A stretch of 64,000 bases of DNA, taken from positions 7,663 to 71,662 of the forward strand of contig CALXRS010000005.1 of NCBI GenBank assembly GCA_944390915.1, read 5' to 3'. This document shows, piece by piece, positions 54,779 through 63,952 of the stretch (the first letter of the stretch is position 1; each line of letters opens with the position of its first letter). The notes beneath the pieces are model-generated. The model saw only the letters and a list, made by a program, of their open reading frames with translations, had not been told where the DNA came from and did no database searches. Source of the stretch: an uncultured Alphaproteobacteria bacterium (lineage in GTDB: Bacteria > Pseudomonadota > Alphaproteobacteria > RF32 > CAG-239). Both the position numbers and the translations under genes were made by a program.

Positions 54779-56563
54779 TCAGTTTTTGAACTGCGCGTTA
54801 TAAAGCCCGCGGTAAGCGCCGTTTTCAATTTGCATCAACTCATCATGAGAGCCGGTTTCAACAATTTCCCCGTTGTTGAGAACCACGATGAGGTCGGCGT
54901 TTTGGATAGTGGACAGGCGGTGGGCAATGACAAATACGGTTCTGTCCCGCATCAGGTTGTCGATGGCTTTTTGCACCACGGCTTCCGAGCGGTTGTCGAG
55001 GGCGGAGGTTGCCTCGTCCAAAATAACGATCGGTGCATTTTTTATCAGCGCGCGGGCAATGGCCAGCCGTTGGCGTTGTCCGCCGGAAAGGGCGGAACCG
55101 CGTTCGCCGATGTCGGTATCAAGACCTTTTTCCTGTTCGCGGACAAAATCGTCGAGATAGGCCATTTTCAGGGCGTTGTATATTTCCTCGTCGGTGGCGT
55201 CCGGACGCCCGAGCAGGATATTGTCGCGGATGGTGCCCGAAAACAGAAAATTATCCTGAAAAACAATGGCGATATTGTCGCGCAGAGATTTCAACGAATA
55301 GTCGCGAACGTCGATGCCGTCAATGGTGATATTGCCGTCTTTAACGTCGTAAAAACGGGGCAACAGGTTAACGATGGTCGTTTTGCCGCCGCCGGAGTTG
55401 CCGACCAGGGCAATGGTGCTGCCGGCTTTGACTTTGAGGCAGATGTCTTTCAGGACGGGCGTATTTTCGACATATTCAAAGTCAACATGCTCAAAGCGGA
55501 TTTCTTTGTTAACCGCGCTCAGTTCGCGGGCGTTTTCCTTATCGGCAATATCGGGCGTCAGGTTCAAAACGTCGGTAATGCGCTCAATGGCCAAAAACGA
55601 AATCTGCACGTTGTTGAAATTTTTGCCGATTCCCTTAATCGGGGTATAGAGCATGATAAGCGCGGTGATAAACGAAACAAAATTGCCCGACGTGATGGTG
55701 CCGTTGACGATAAGATAGCTGCCGAACCCGATGACCGCGCCGACGCCGACGGACACGACCACGTGCATCAGCGGTGTCATCCAACCGGTTTTTTTCACCA
55801 TTTTCATGGTCAGCTTGAACAGTTTGCACAAAATCTCATTGCATTGCAGGTACATTTTTTCCTGCAAATTGTAGGAAGCGATGGTTTTGCTGCCGGCATG
55901 ACATTCGTTGTAGTGGGTAAGAATGCCCGACGAGCGAGCAATGGTGCTTTTTATCAGGTCTTTGATCCGTCGTCTGACCTGGGTCAGCGGCAGCAGGGCG
56001 CACAGCAAAACGACGATGGCGATAATCGACAGCTGCCAGGAGTTATAGATAAGAACGGCGATAAGCGATACGGAAGAGAAAAAGCGGGACACAAAAAGCT
56101 TGAGGTTGTCGAGCAGTCCGAGGCAGGCGATGTCGGCGTCGGTGGCAAAGCGCTGAATAATCGTGCCGGAGGCGTTTTGGTCAAAAAACGCCGGCTCAAA
56201 GCTCATCATTTTTCTGAATAGCGCGCGTTTGAGGTCGTGGTTGATGCGCGTGCCGACCCAGGTGTTGAGATAGATGGCGGCATAGTTGAGCAGTCCCTGT
56301 ACGGTCGTAAAAGCAACAATCAGCAGCGGAATATAAATCGGCGAGGCCATGTCTTTGTCCACCAGCACATGATCCATATAGGGTTTGAGCGAAAAGGCAA
56401 TAACCGAGTCGAGCGCGCCGACGGGAATGCAGATAAGCACGGCCAGAAGCGCCCGCACCCAGTAGGGTTTGACAAAAGGCCACATTTGCCGGTAATGGTC
56501 GGTAAATTTAAGTTTTTTTGAGCTTTCGGGGTCGGGACTGAGCGTGTGGTTTTTGACGGACAT
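54779..56563 (-). CDS. ABC exporter, fused permease/ATPase (MsbA family)
   Basis: Walker A GNSGGGKTT, signature LSGGQRQR, Walker B IVILDEATS. 594 aa. Confidence 0.9.
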   Translation of the reverse strand: MSVKNHTLSPDPESSKKLKFTDHYRQMWPFVKPYWVRALLAVLICIPVGALDSVIAFSLKPYMDHVLVDKDMASPIYIPLLIVAFTTVQGLLNYAAIYLNTWVGTRINHDLKRALFRKMMSFEPAFFDQNASGTIIQRFATDADIACLGLLDNLKLFVSRFFSSVSLIAVLIYNSWQLSIIAIVVLLCALLPLTQVRRRIKDLIKSTIARSSGILTHYNECHAGSKTIASYNLQEKMYLQCNEILCKLFKLTMKMVKKTGWMTPLMHVVVSVGVGAVIGFGSYLIVNGTITSGNFVSFITALIMLYTPIKGIGKNFNNVQISFLAIERITDVLNLTPDIADKENARELSAVNKEIRFEHVDFEYVENTPVLKDICLKVKAGSTIALVGNSGGGKTTIVNLLPRFYDVKDGNITIDGIDVRDYSLKSLRDNIAIVFQDNFLFSGTIRDNILLGRPDATDEEIYNALKMAYLDDFVREQEKGLDTDIGERGSALSGGQRQRLAIARALIKNAPIVILDEATSALDNRSEAVVQKAIDNLMRDRTVFVIAHRLSTIQNADLIVVLNNGEIVETGSHDELMQIENGAYRGLYNAQFKN

Positions 56564-56573
56564 GGGGTAATTC

Positions 56574-57092
56574 CTAAATTATTTTCAAAAATTTCAAAAT
56601 GACGAAAATCACGCCGGCTTCAAAAATCATCATCAGCCAGAAAAAGGTCTGATAGCTTCTTTTTTTCGATTTGTGATGAAAGATTTTCTGTCCCAGAAGC
56701 GCGCCGGCCCAACCGCCCAGAAATTCCAGCGTATGCAGGTTGCTTTCGGGCACGCGCCAGTTGCCTTTGCGGGCGGCATGCTTGTCCACCCCGTAGGCGA
56801 CAAACGTAACGAAGTTGATAAAAACAAGATGCAGCACCAAAACCAGCAGCAGCGTTTTCGGGTGAAAAGGGGTTACCGTGAACAGGTTGTTTTCGATATA
56901 GTAGGCGGCCAGCACCACCAGCCCCAGATGCAGCATGTAAAAATTGTTTTTCCTGAGCGGCGCGGCAAGCAGCAGCAGACCGATGAGGATAACGGCGGAA
57001 GTCAAAACCATGGTTGTTAAAATCTTTGTTGTGGATGTTTGAGTTTTTCCGAATATAAAACAGAAAAAAAATAAAAGCAATAAAACAGTCAA
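56574..57092 (-). CDS. DUF1294-domain membrane protein
   Basis: FVAYGVDKHAARKGNWRVPESNLHTLEFLGGWAGALLGQKIFHHKSKK. The track start is a TTG at 57092. The alternative ATG at 57011 would give 145 aa. Confidence 0.7.
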   Translation of the reverse strand: MTVLLLLFFFCFIFGKTQTSTTKILTTMVLTSAVILIGLLLLAAPLRKNNFYMLHLGLVVLAAYYIENNLFTVTPFHPKTLLLVLVLHLVFINFVTFVAYGVDKHAARKGNWRVPESNLHTLEFLGGWAGALLGQKIFHHKSKKRSYQTFFWLMMIFEAGVIFVILKFLKII

Positions 57093-57215
57093 AAAAACGA
57101 CCGGCGTTCCGCGGCGTAAAATAAAAAACGGAGGAGATGAAAAAATTGATTGAGAAAATAATAAAAGTCGCTTATACTTTGCCTGAAATTGGTTTTACGA
57201 GAAAGGCTAAAATTA

Positions 57216-57770
57216 ATGAAAAAAATGCTTGTTATTCTGGCAGTCGGCGCTTTGGCGGGCTGCTCGGCGTGGCAAAACACCGTTTCTTTTTTCGGCGATC
57301 GGCCGGCCGAAGCGGAACAACCGCGGCCGCGTCTGGTTGTGGACACGCCCTACGGGCTGAGCAATCTTTATGAAGAAACGTCGGCGCCGCAGCTTTATTC
57401 GGTGGTGGCCGCCAGGGTAACCAACAAAATGCTTGATCAGACAACCGAGATTTATGAACGGGCGTTGCCGCCCAAGCTTTATATCATGCAGATAAAAAAG
57501 GCGGGCGTCGAACATATTCCCGACGGCTTTTTCTATTCGCGGCAGGTCACCAAGGAAATTATCGAAGGTTCAAAGACTTTTGTTCCGGTCAACACGCGTG
57601 AGGAGGCCGATTATGTTTTGGATATTGTCGTCAGCCGCCTGAATGTTAAAAATGTTCCGGGAACCGTGCTGCAATATAAAATGACCATGTTTGACAAAGG
57701 TAATAATGAGGTCGGCAGCTGGACGGAAGCCATCCGTCAGGTGCAAAACGATGACAGAAGTTGGTGGTAA
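57216..57770 (+). CDS. lipoprotein (LpoB/CsgG-fold-like, tentative)
   Basis: Lipobox LAGCSAW. 184 aa. ATG at 57216. Confidence 0.6.
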   Translation: MKKMLVILAVGALAGCSAWQNTVSFFGDRPAEAEQPRPRLVVDTPYGLSNLYEETSAPQLYSVVAARVTNKMLDQTTEIYERALPPKLYIMQIKKAGVEHIPDGFFYSRQVTKEIIEGSKTFVPVNTREEADYVLDIVVSRLNVKNVPGTVLQYKMTMFDKGNNEVGSWTEAIRQVQNDDRSWW

Positions 57771-59085
57771 ATTGAAAACAGGGTTATTGATAGCATCGGT
57801 GGCTGTGCTGGGGGCGTTGGCTTTTTCCGCGCGCACGGCGGATATCGTCAAAATCAAGGGCGAAGCCTGCGAAAAATTTGTACCCGGTCAATCAAAATCG
57901 AGCATTCGCGTTCGTGTGACCGACAAGGCCAGCTACAAGGCCGTCAGTCAGATAGAAAACCTGGCCGACGTGCGCTCGCGCATGCTGGAACACGATTTTA
58001 ACGTGATTGTTTACAATCTGGTGGACAACTATATGCGCGATTTGATGGTGCGCACGACCAGTCAGAACGAAGAAGAACTCTGCGTGAAGGTAACGGGCGC
58101 CATTCCGGTTGCCGATATTGAATCGGTGGTTGCCAACTATTCGCCGGATACGCCGGCGCCGGAATATGATTTTAAGGAAGCGGCCGGCGTTGAGGAAGAA
58201 GTGATTACCGAAGAAGACGAATGGGCTGTGTTCCCCGAGGCCGAACCGGCAGCCGACGTTCTTTATGACGGCGACGAAGAACCGGCGGCGGAAGAAGAAA
58301 ATTTGCCTGAGGCAGAAACGGAAGAAGAAGCGGAAACGGTTTATGCGCCCGCCGAAGATGAACAGGCAGCCTCCGACAATGCCGTCGTCTATACCGGCAG
58401 CTTGTCCGTAGCCGAGACCGAGGCGGTCGCGGAAGACAAAACCGAAGAAGCCGCTTTGGCCGAAGATGAAGAATTGGTTGAAGATGAAGAATTTACCGAA
58501 GATATAGAGATAACCCTGCCGGCAACGGTCGACGAACGGGCGACAACCCGCTCCGACATTGTTGCGGAAAATGAACCGGAGGAAACGGCGGAAACAGCCG
58601 CTTTGCCCGCCTCAAACGTTGCGGCGGCAGCGGCGGAGCCGGCCGATGTCCGAACAACGGCGGATGTCTATGTGGGGCCGGTGTCGTTTAACAACAATAC
58701 CCATTCGACAAAATCGTCGCAGGTCTTAAAAGACATGTTTGCCGACACTGAGGGCTATCGACTTGTTTCTGCGCCGGAACAGGCGGCTTACGTCTTGTTG
58801 CCGAAAGTTTTGAAAGCCAAAGTGGACGCGCTCAATTCGCAGACCAAACGCATTCAGATGGTGGTGGCTCTGGAGCTCAAAATCAATGCCTCCGCAGTCT
58901 CTTTTTCCGAACATCAGAACCGGTTTGTGCTGTTTGAAAGCGGCAAAAACGAGCAGGACATCGCTCAGCAGCTGTTGCACAAATTATTGCGCAAGGCCGG
59001 CCGCAAGCTGTTTTCGCGGATAGAGCAGGCGGAAGAAAAACGACGCTCGCAGGTGCGGACGGAGATGATTACGCCGACGCGTTAA
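57751..59085 (+). CDS. exported protein with a long acidic (E/A/D) linker
   Basis: Signal peptide KLKTGLLIASVAVLGALAFSA. The central ~150 aa is E/A/T/D-rich. The ATG at 57751 overlaps the upstream gene by 20 nt. Confidence 0.6.
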   Translation: MTEVGGKLKTGLLIASVAVLGALAFSARTADIVKIKGEACEKFVPGQSKSSIRVRVTDKASYKAVSQIENLADVRSRMLEHDFNVIVYNLVDNYMRDLMVRTTSQNEEELCVKVTGAIPVADIESVVANYSPDTPAPEYDFKEAAGVEEEVITEEDEWAVFPEAEPAADVLYDGDEEPAAEEENLPEAETEEEAETVYAPAEDEQAASDNAVVYTGSLSVAETEAVAEDKTEEAALAEDEELVEDEEFTEDIEITLPATVDERATTRSDIVAENEPEETAETAALPASNVAAAAAEPADVRTTADVYVGPVSFNNNTHSTKSSQVLKDMFADTEGYRLVSAPEQAAYVLLPKVLKAKVDALNSQTKRIQMVVALELKINASAVSFSEHQNRFVLFESGKNEQDIAQQLLHKLLRKAGRKLFSRIEQAEEKRRSQVRTEMITPTR

Positions 59086-59124
59086 ATTGATAGACGTTTC
59101 GGTGCGGCACGAACTTTGCTTCTA

Positions 59125-59162
59125 AAAAAGGACGTTAAACATTTGTTTATCGTCCTTTTTGT
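59125..59162. terminator. hairpin terminator between convergent genes
   Basis: AAAAGGACG/CGTCCTTTT stem with a 16-nt loop. Confidence 0.5.
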
Positions 59163-59224
59163 AGTCCGAAAAAAACTTTGTTTCGATTTTACGCGGGAGC
59201 CCTGTCGTTTGGGTTTAAGGGCTG

Positions 59225-59992
59225 TCAGAAAGGCGGATGATCTTTAATATTCAGACAGTTGAAAGACAGGTTGTAAATCCGCTTGGCATTGGCTGTCAGA
59301 AAATAGCCGTCGATTCGCGTTTCAAGGAGCGTGCGATATTTTTTGAGCTCCAGATTATAATTGCTGAAATAAAGGACGATTTCCAAATCGGTAAAACCGC
59401 GGTCGGTGTAGATGTTGTAGTCGTAGGCGCAAATTTCCTTGCCGAAGGTTTCGGCCACAATCCGTTGTATGTTCTTAAAATGCTCTTCATAATCTTTCAG
59501 AGTATAAGTTTCAGCAAATTGTCCGAGAGCCTGATAGAGCGGTTCGGCGGGGGCGGCGGTAATTATTTTGTTGAGCAACGGGATGCTGCCGGTCATCAAC
59601 GCAAATTTTATCATCTCAAGCGGAAAGGCGCGGATATTTTCCTTGAGATTTTCAAACCGCGGTTTAATCAGCAGCATGGCCATTTCGAGCAGGCCGAGAT
59701 TCAGCAGGTCGTCAAGATACATTTTTTCGAACAAAGGCGAGATGTTACCGCCCATCTCCCACACGCGGGCAGCGACCGCCCGCGCCCGTTGCTCGCGGGA
59801 ATTAAGAATTTCCAAATGCACCTGCAAAATGAGCAGTTCGACGTTTTCGCGGTACTGCATCAGCATTTTATCGACGGTTGCGCCGGTTTTCATGATTTCG
59901 GTGATATTGTTGCAATGCAGATTTTGTACCTGTTGATAAAGATTGTCGATTTGCTGCCGGACAATGTTTTGCATGGAATAATCAACGCCCAT
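59225..59992 (-). CDS. hypothetical cytoplasmic protein (255 aa)
   Basis: ATG at 59992. Helical composition, no motif recognised. Confidence 0.55.
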   Translation of the reverse strand: MGVDYSMQNIVRQQIDNLYQQVQNLHCNNITEIMKTGATVDKMLMQYRENVELLILQVHLEILNSREQRARAVAARVWEMGGNISPLFEKMYLDDLLNLGLLEMAMLLIKPRFENLKENIRAFPLEMIKFALMTGSIPLLNKIITAAPAEPLYQALGQFAETYTLKDYEEHFKNIQRIVAETFGKEICAYDYNIYTDRGFTDLEIVLYFSNYNLELKKYRTLLETRIDGYFLTANAKRIYNLSFNCLNIKDHPPF

Positions 59993-60111
59993 TTTTTCCC
60001 CTTTCGGTTAATTCACTACTTTTCATCATAACCGATAATTTGCAAATAAGGAATACGAAAAAAACAATTTTGCAGTCATTTTCAAAAACTGTTTGCGCGC
60101 CGCGGCAAAGG

Positions 60112-60141
60112 TTGACAAAAATGCTGCAAAAGAGATATAAT
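60112..60141 (+). promoter_or_regulatory. promoter TTGACA-18-TATAAT
   Basis: Consensus hexamers, 33 nt upstream of the ATG at 60174. Confidence 0.55.
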
Positions 60142-60173
60142 GAACGAAACGAAAAACATTATTTACAAATTAT

Positions 60174-60467
60174 ATGACCATAGAAAAATTGTTGAAAACT
60201 CTGGAAGATTTTTCACCGGAGTTGTTTTTGGGCAGCGAAACGCACGAGGTTTATCATCTGGCCGATCCGTGGCTGTCGTTTTACGATGCGGACGCGGTAT
60301 ATGTTGCTGCCGACTGCCCGCTGGCAACCGACGGTTTCAAAAATGCCGGTACGGTTATTGTCAGCGAAGATCTGCTTTCTTTCGTATCGCCGTTTACGCT
60401 CAACGTGATTGTGGCGGAACCATGCGATATGGAGGGGATTAAAGAGCGTCTGGAACAGGTGCTGTAA
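60174..60467 (+). CDS. hypothetical 97-aa protein
   Basis: Located downstream of a consensus promoter and upstream of comEC. No motif recognised. Confidence 0.5.
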   Translation: MTIEKLLKTLEDFSPELFLGSETHEVYHLADPWLSFYDADAVYVAADCPLATDGFKNAGTVIVSEDLLSFVSPFTLNVIVAEPCDMEGIKERLEQVL

Positions 60468-60572
60468 AAAAAAGTTTAAAGTGTCAAACAAAAAAAGTTT
60501 GGCACTTTTTCTTTTTTGAGGCAAAATTTTTTTTGAAGGAAGAAAAACAGCAAAATCGGAAGGAATGGTTTT

Positions 60573-62522
60573 TTGCCGACAAAACAGACATCGGTTTTGG
60601 TTACGGAACGCGGCCGCGGTTTTTTGTGGTGGCCGGTCTTTTTCGGGCTGGGCATCGGCATATATTTTCTGTTGCCTGCCGAGCCTTCGCCGGTTGTTAT
60701 CGGCACGCTTTTGCCGGTTTTGACGCTGTTGTTGTTTTTGTTTCGCCGTCGTCCGGTCGTTCGCGGAGCGCTGTGGCTGTTGTGGCTGGTGGCGGCGGGT
60801 TTTGCGGATATGGAACTGCAGACGTTTTTGCTTATGCCGGAAGAACCGACCAAAGCCGAGCGCAAACTTTATATTTCCGGACGGATAGATGTGATAGATA
60901 CCAATTACAACGGCCGTCAACGGATTTTGCTGTCGTCGATGAAAGATTTTGACGACAACCCGCTGCCCGGACGTTACCGGCTGACGCTTATCCACCGGAA
61001 CAACAATTTTAACGCGGGGGACTGCGTGGAACTGATAGGCGTTGTTTCGCCGTTGTTCAAGCCGAGTGTGGCCGGCGGTTACCAGTCGAACCGCAATCTT
61101 TATTTTGCCGGCATCAACGGTTCGGGCTACATTCCGAGCGAGGTGCTGAAGCTTGACTGCCCCGCCGGCGGCAGGCGATTCGGCGACCGGGTGGCAAAAC
61201 TGAGAGATGACATTGCCCGCCGGATACACCGTGTTCTGCCGCCCGACGAAGCTTCGGTTGCGGTCGCGCTCATTGCCGGAGATCAAACGGGCATAAGTCG
61301 GCGCCTGATAGAAGCGTATCGCGATTCCGGTCTGGCGCATTTTCTTTCCATTTCCGGCGTGCATATGAGCATGCTGGCGGGGTTGATGTTTTTTCTGGTG
61401 CGGGCGGGCATGGCTCTGGCGGCGCCGCTGGCACTGAGGTTCAACTCCAAAAAGACGGCGGCATTCCTGTCCATTTTGGTCAGCGCGGCCTATTTGCTGT
61501 TGTCGGGCATGCCGGTGCCGGCGGTGAGGGCTTTTTTGATGACTTTGGTGGTGCTGCTGGCGGTGTTGTTTGAACGCGAGGCCGTTTCCGTGCGCACGCT
61601 GGCTTTGTCGGCCCTGATTGTTTTGATTATCGAGCCGGCCGCGCTGGTCGGGGCCAGCTTTCAGATGTCTTATGCCGCGGTTATCGCTCTGGTTGCCTTT
61701 TACGAAAAATTTGCCGGTCGTCTCAACCGCTTTTTGACCGCCGCCGACGTTTCTCTGCCGCGGCGGATTATGCGCGGGCTGGCGGTTTACCTAATCGGTG
61801 TGTTGGCGGCCGATTTGGTGGCGTCGCTGGCAACATTGCCGTTTGCGGTTTTCCATTTTAACCGGGTTGCGCTTTGCACCAGCCTGACCAATTTACTTTC
61901 CGGTCCGGTTATTGCTTTTATCATCATGCCCTTTGTGCTGGTTTCGCTTTTGGCTTTTCCTTTCGGGTTGGAGTTTGTGCCGCTGAAAATTGTCGGTTTC
62001 GGGGTGAAAATTGTCAACGATCTGACCCTGTGGGTGGCGTCTTTGCCCTATGCCGCGACGAGTGTTCTTTCCATGCCGCTATGGGGCTTGTTGCTGATTG
62101 TGGCAGGCGGTTTACTTCTGTGCCTGTTGCGCAGCCGCCTGCGTTTGTGGGGAGCGGCGGCGATTGTGCTCGGCGCTTTGAGCCTGCTTGGCGTAAAACG
62201 TCCGGAAGTGATAGTTGATGCCGAAATCAAGACCGTTGCCGTGCTCGATTCTCAAAGCAAAAGCTATTACTTTTTGCCGCGTCCCGACCGTTGGAACAAA
62301 CAAAACTGGCTGAGCAAATTTGCCGCCGCGGAAACGAAAGACAAACCGCAAAACTCCCTGTGGCCGGCACGGATAAAAATCAAACAGGGAAAAAGCATCT
62401 TTGTCGACGGCCGAGAATTTGACGTGCGCTCCGCCGGCGGCACGGCTTTTTATGACAATAACGGCAAAATTACGGCCAAAACGGTGCGTGCCTATACCGG
62501 CCGCCGACCGTGGAACATGTAA
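60573..62522 (+). CDS. comEC: ComEC/Rec2-family DNA internalisation channel (no C-terminal beta-lactamase-fold domain)
   Basis: Multi-TM protein with the competence-domain motif SGLAHFLSISGVHMSMLAG. TTG start at 60573 with GGAAGGA upstream. Confidence 0.85.
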   Translation: MPTKQTSVLVTERGRGFLWWPVFFGLGIGIYFLLPAEPSPVVIGTLLPVLTLLLFLFRRRPVVRGALWLLWLVAAGFADMELQTFLLMPEEPTKAERKLYISGRIDVIDTNYNGRQRILLSSMKDFDDNPLPGRYRLTLIHRNNNFNAGDCVELIGVVSPLFKPSVAGGYQSNRNLYFAGINGSGYIPSEVLKLDCPAGGRRFGDRVAKLRDDIARRIHRVLPPDEASVAVALIAGDQTGISRRLIEAYRDSGLAHFLSISGVHMSMLAGLMFFLVRAGMALAAPLALRFNSKKTAAFLSILVSAAYLLLSGMPVPAVRAFLMTLVVLLAVLFEREAVSVRTLALSALIVLIIEPAALVGASFQMSYAAVIALVAFYEKFAGRLNRFLTAADVSLPRRIMRGLAVYLIGVLAADLVASLATLPFAVFHFNRVALCTSLTNLLSGPVIAFIIMPFVLVSLLAFPFGLEFVPLKIVGFGVKIVNDLTLWVASLPYAATSVLSMPLWGLLLIVAGGLLLCLLRSRLRLWGAAAIVLGALSLLGVKRPEVIVDAEIKTVAVLDSQSKSYYFLPRPDRWNKQNWLSKFAAAETKDKPQNSLWPARIKIKQGKSIFVDGREFDVRSAGGTAFYDNNGKITAKTVRAYTGRRPWNM

Positions 62523-62696
62523 TTCAGGTTTTTCAACATGATGTTGACGAGCTGAAATAAATATGTTTTCGCCCCGCGCGGAATATGCGGAAAAAACGGC
62601 GGACATGATTTAATATATTGTCTTTTGTCAAAAATATGCTATTCTGATAACCAATAAACCAAATTCTTTACTTAAATTATTATTCATCAAAAATTT

Positions 62697-62981
62697 ATGG
62701 TTATGACATGGGAGTACATTTTGTTGGCCGGCGTTGGTGCCGTTGTCGGATCGCTTTTTATAGCGGAAGCGGAAAAAGTGAATCTGGGATGCTTTTTCCC
62801 GACGTTGGGTTTTGCTTTCATTATCGGTGCCATTTACTGCATCTGGCAGGCTTTTGCTAATTCCCTGCTATACGGTTTTTTGGCCCTGGTCGTTGCGATA
62901 GTGGGAATGATTGCCGTCGGCCTTTTTGCAAGGTTTACGGAAAACGTGGGACCGCGTGACGACGGTTTTATGAATCTGTAA
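62697..62981 (+). CDS. small membrane protein, tandem paralogue 1 (94 aa)
   Basis: 2-3 TM helices. It shares the WQAFANS motif and overall layout with paralogue 2. An alternative ATG lies at 62703. Confidence 0.6.
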   Translation: MVMTWEYILLAGVGAVVGSLFIAEAEKVNLGCFFPTLGFAFIIGAIYCIWQAFANSLLYGFLALVVAIVGMIAVGLFARFTENVGPRDDGFMNL

Positions 62982-63000
62982 CGCCATTATCAAATTTTAT

Positions 63001-63081
63001 CTGTTTTCCCCTGCCGGTTTTTGCCGACCGGGGATTTTTTTTGCCCGCCGGCAAAAGGAAAATCTTTTTGACTTTTGCGGC
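63001..63081 (+). repeat. conserved terminator/promoter cassette, copy A
   Basis: CTGTTTTCCCCTGCCGGTTTTTGCCGACCGGGGATTTTTTTTGCCCGCCGGCAAAAGGAAAATCTTTTTGACTTTTGCGGC is nearly identical to copies B and C. It includes TTGACT (63068-63073). Confidence 0.85.
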
Positions 63082-63157
63082 CGAAAGGATTACCTTAATA
63101 ACGTATACGAAAAATTTTTTTAACTACTTTTATAATTTTCGATAAAATACAAAACAT

Positions 63158-63442
63158 ATGGAATGGATTTTTGTTGTTATGTCCGGTATCGGTATTCTGA
63201 TTACCGGCGTTTGCTTTGCCTTTGACAAAAGATGCAATTCGTCTTGCCCGCCGTCGCAAGAAGGAACGGAAAGCATGTCCTCGTTTCTTTTTGCGGTTGT
63301 TGCCGGTTTTTCGCTTTTCGGAGCGGCGGCAGGTCTGTGGCAGGCATTTGCAAATTCGGTTGCAAACGGCTTGTTGGCTCTTTCGGCGGCGGTTGTTGCC
63401 GGTATTGTCGGCTGTTTCCTCAGGCGTATGATTACATATTAG
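63158..63442 (+). CDS. small membrane protein, tandem paralogue 2 (94 aa)
   Basis: MEWIFVVMSGIGILI...AAVVAGIVGCFLRRMITY. Confidence 0.65.
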   Translation: MEWIFVVMSGIGILITGVCFAFDKRCNSSCPPSQEGTESMSSFLFAVVAGFSLFGAAAGLWQAFANSVANGLLALSAAVVAGIVGCFLRRMITY

Positions 63443-63535
63443 CCCGTATCCTGTTTTTTATTCCCCCGCCGGTTTTTGCCGACCGGGGATTTTTTTGCCC
63501 GCCGGCAAAAGGAAAATCTTTTTGACTTTTGCGGC
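63384..63535 (+). repeat. conserved gene-3'-end/terminator/promoter cassette, copy B
   Basis: Near-identical to 63838-63952. It contains two hairpins with T-runs, then TTGACT-17-TATCTT (63522-63550). Confidence 0.85.
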
Positions 63536-63611
63536 AAAAAAAGCTATCTTACGGTATATTCAAAAATTTTTTTAACCATATTTATATTGTTTACTGAAAA
63601 AAACAACCACT

Positions 63612-63896
63612 ATGGAATGGAGATTTATTATTATTTCCGGCGTCGGCATTTTGATAGCCTGTATCTGCGGCGCCCTGTCCGAAAGGATGAAATTTGCGCA
63701 CCCGCTCCCGCAAACGGAAGCCGAAGCCATGCCTGAAACAATTTTTTCATGCCTGGCGTTGTTTGCTTTTATTTTTGCGGTGTTAAGCATTGTCAATGCG
63801 TTTGCGGCTGCTTTTGTCAGCGGTTTATATGCTTTGGCGGCGGCGGTTGTTGCCGGTGTTATCGGCTGTTTCCTCAGGCGTATGATTACATATTAG
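63612..63896 (+). CDS. small membrane protein, tandem paralogue 3 (94 aa)
   Basis: MEWRFIIISGVGILI...AAVVAGVIGCFLRRMITY. Confidence 0.65.
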   Translation: MEWRFIIISGVGILIACICGALSERMKFAHPLPQTEAEAMPETIFSCLALFAFIFAVLSIVNAFAAAFVSGLYALAAAVVAGVIGCFLRRMITY

Positions 63897-63952
63897 CCCG
63901 TATCCTGTTTTTTATTCCCCCGCCGGTTTTTGCCGACCGGGGATTTTTTTTG
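63838..63952 (+). repeat. conserved gene-3'-end/terminator cassette, copy C
   Basis: Identical to copy B through GGGGATTTTTTT, then diverges. Confidence 0.85.

Noticed and set aside
62697-63952. Diversity-generating retroelement or phase-variable cassette explaining the diverged centres of the tandem genes.
   Set aside because: The window contains no reverse transcriptase, no template-repeat/variable-repeat pair with adenine-specific differences, and no invertase or inverted repeats. Plain tandem duplication with divergence is sufficient.
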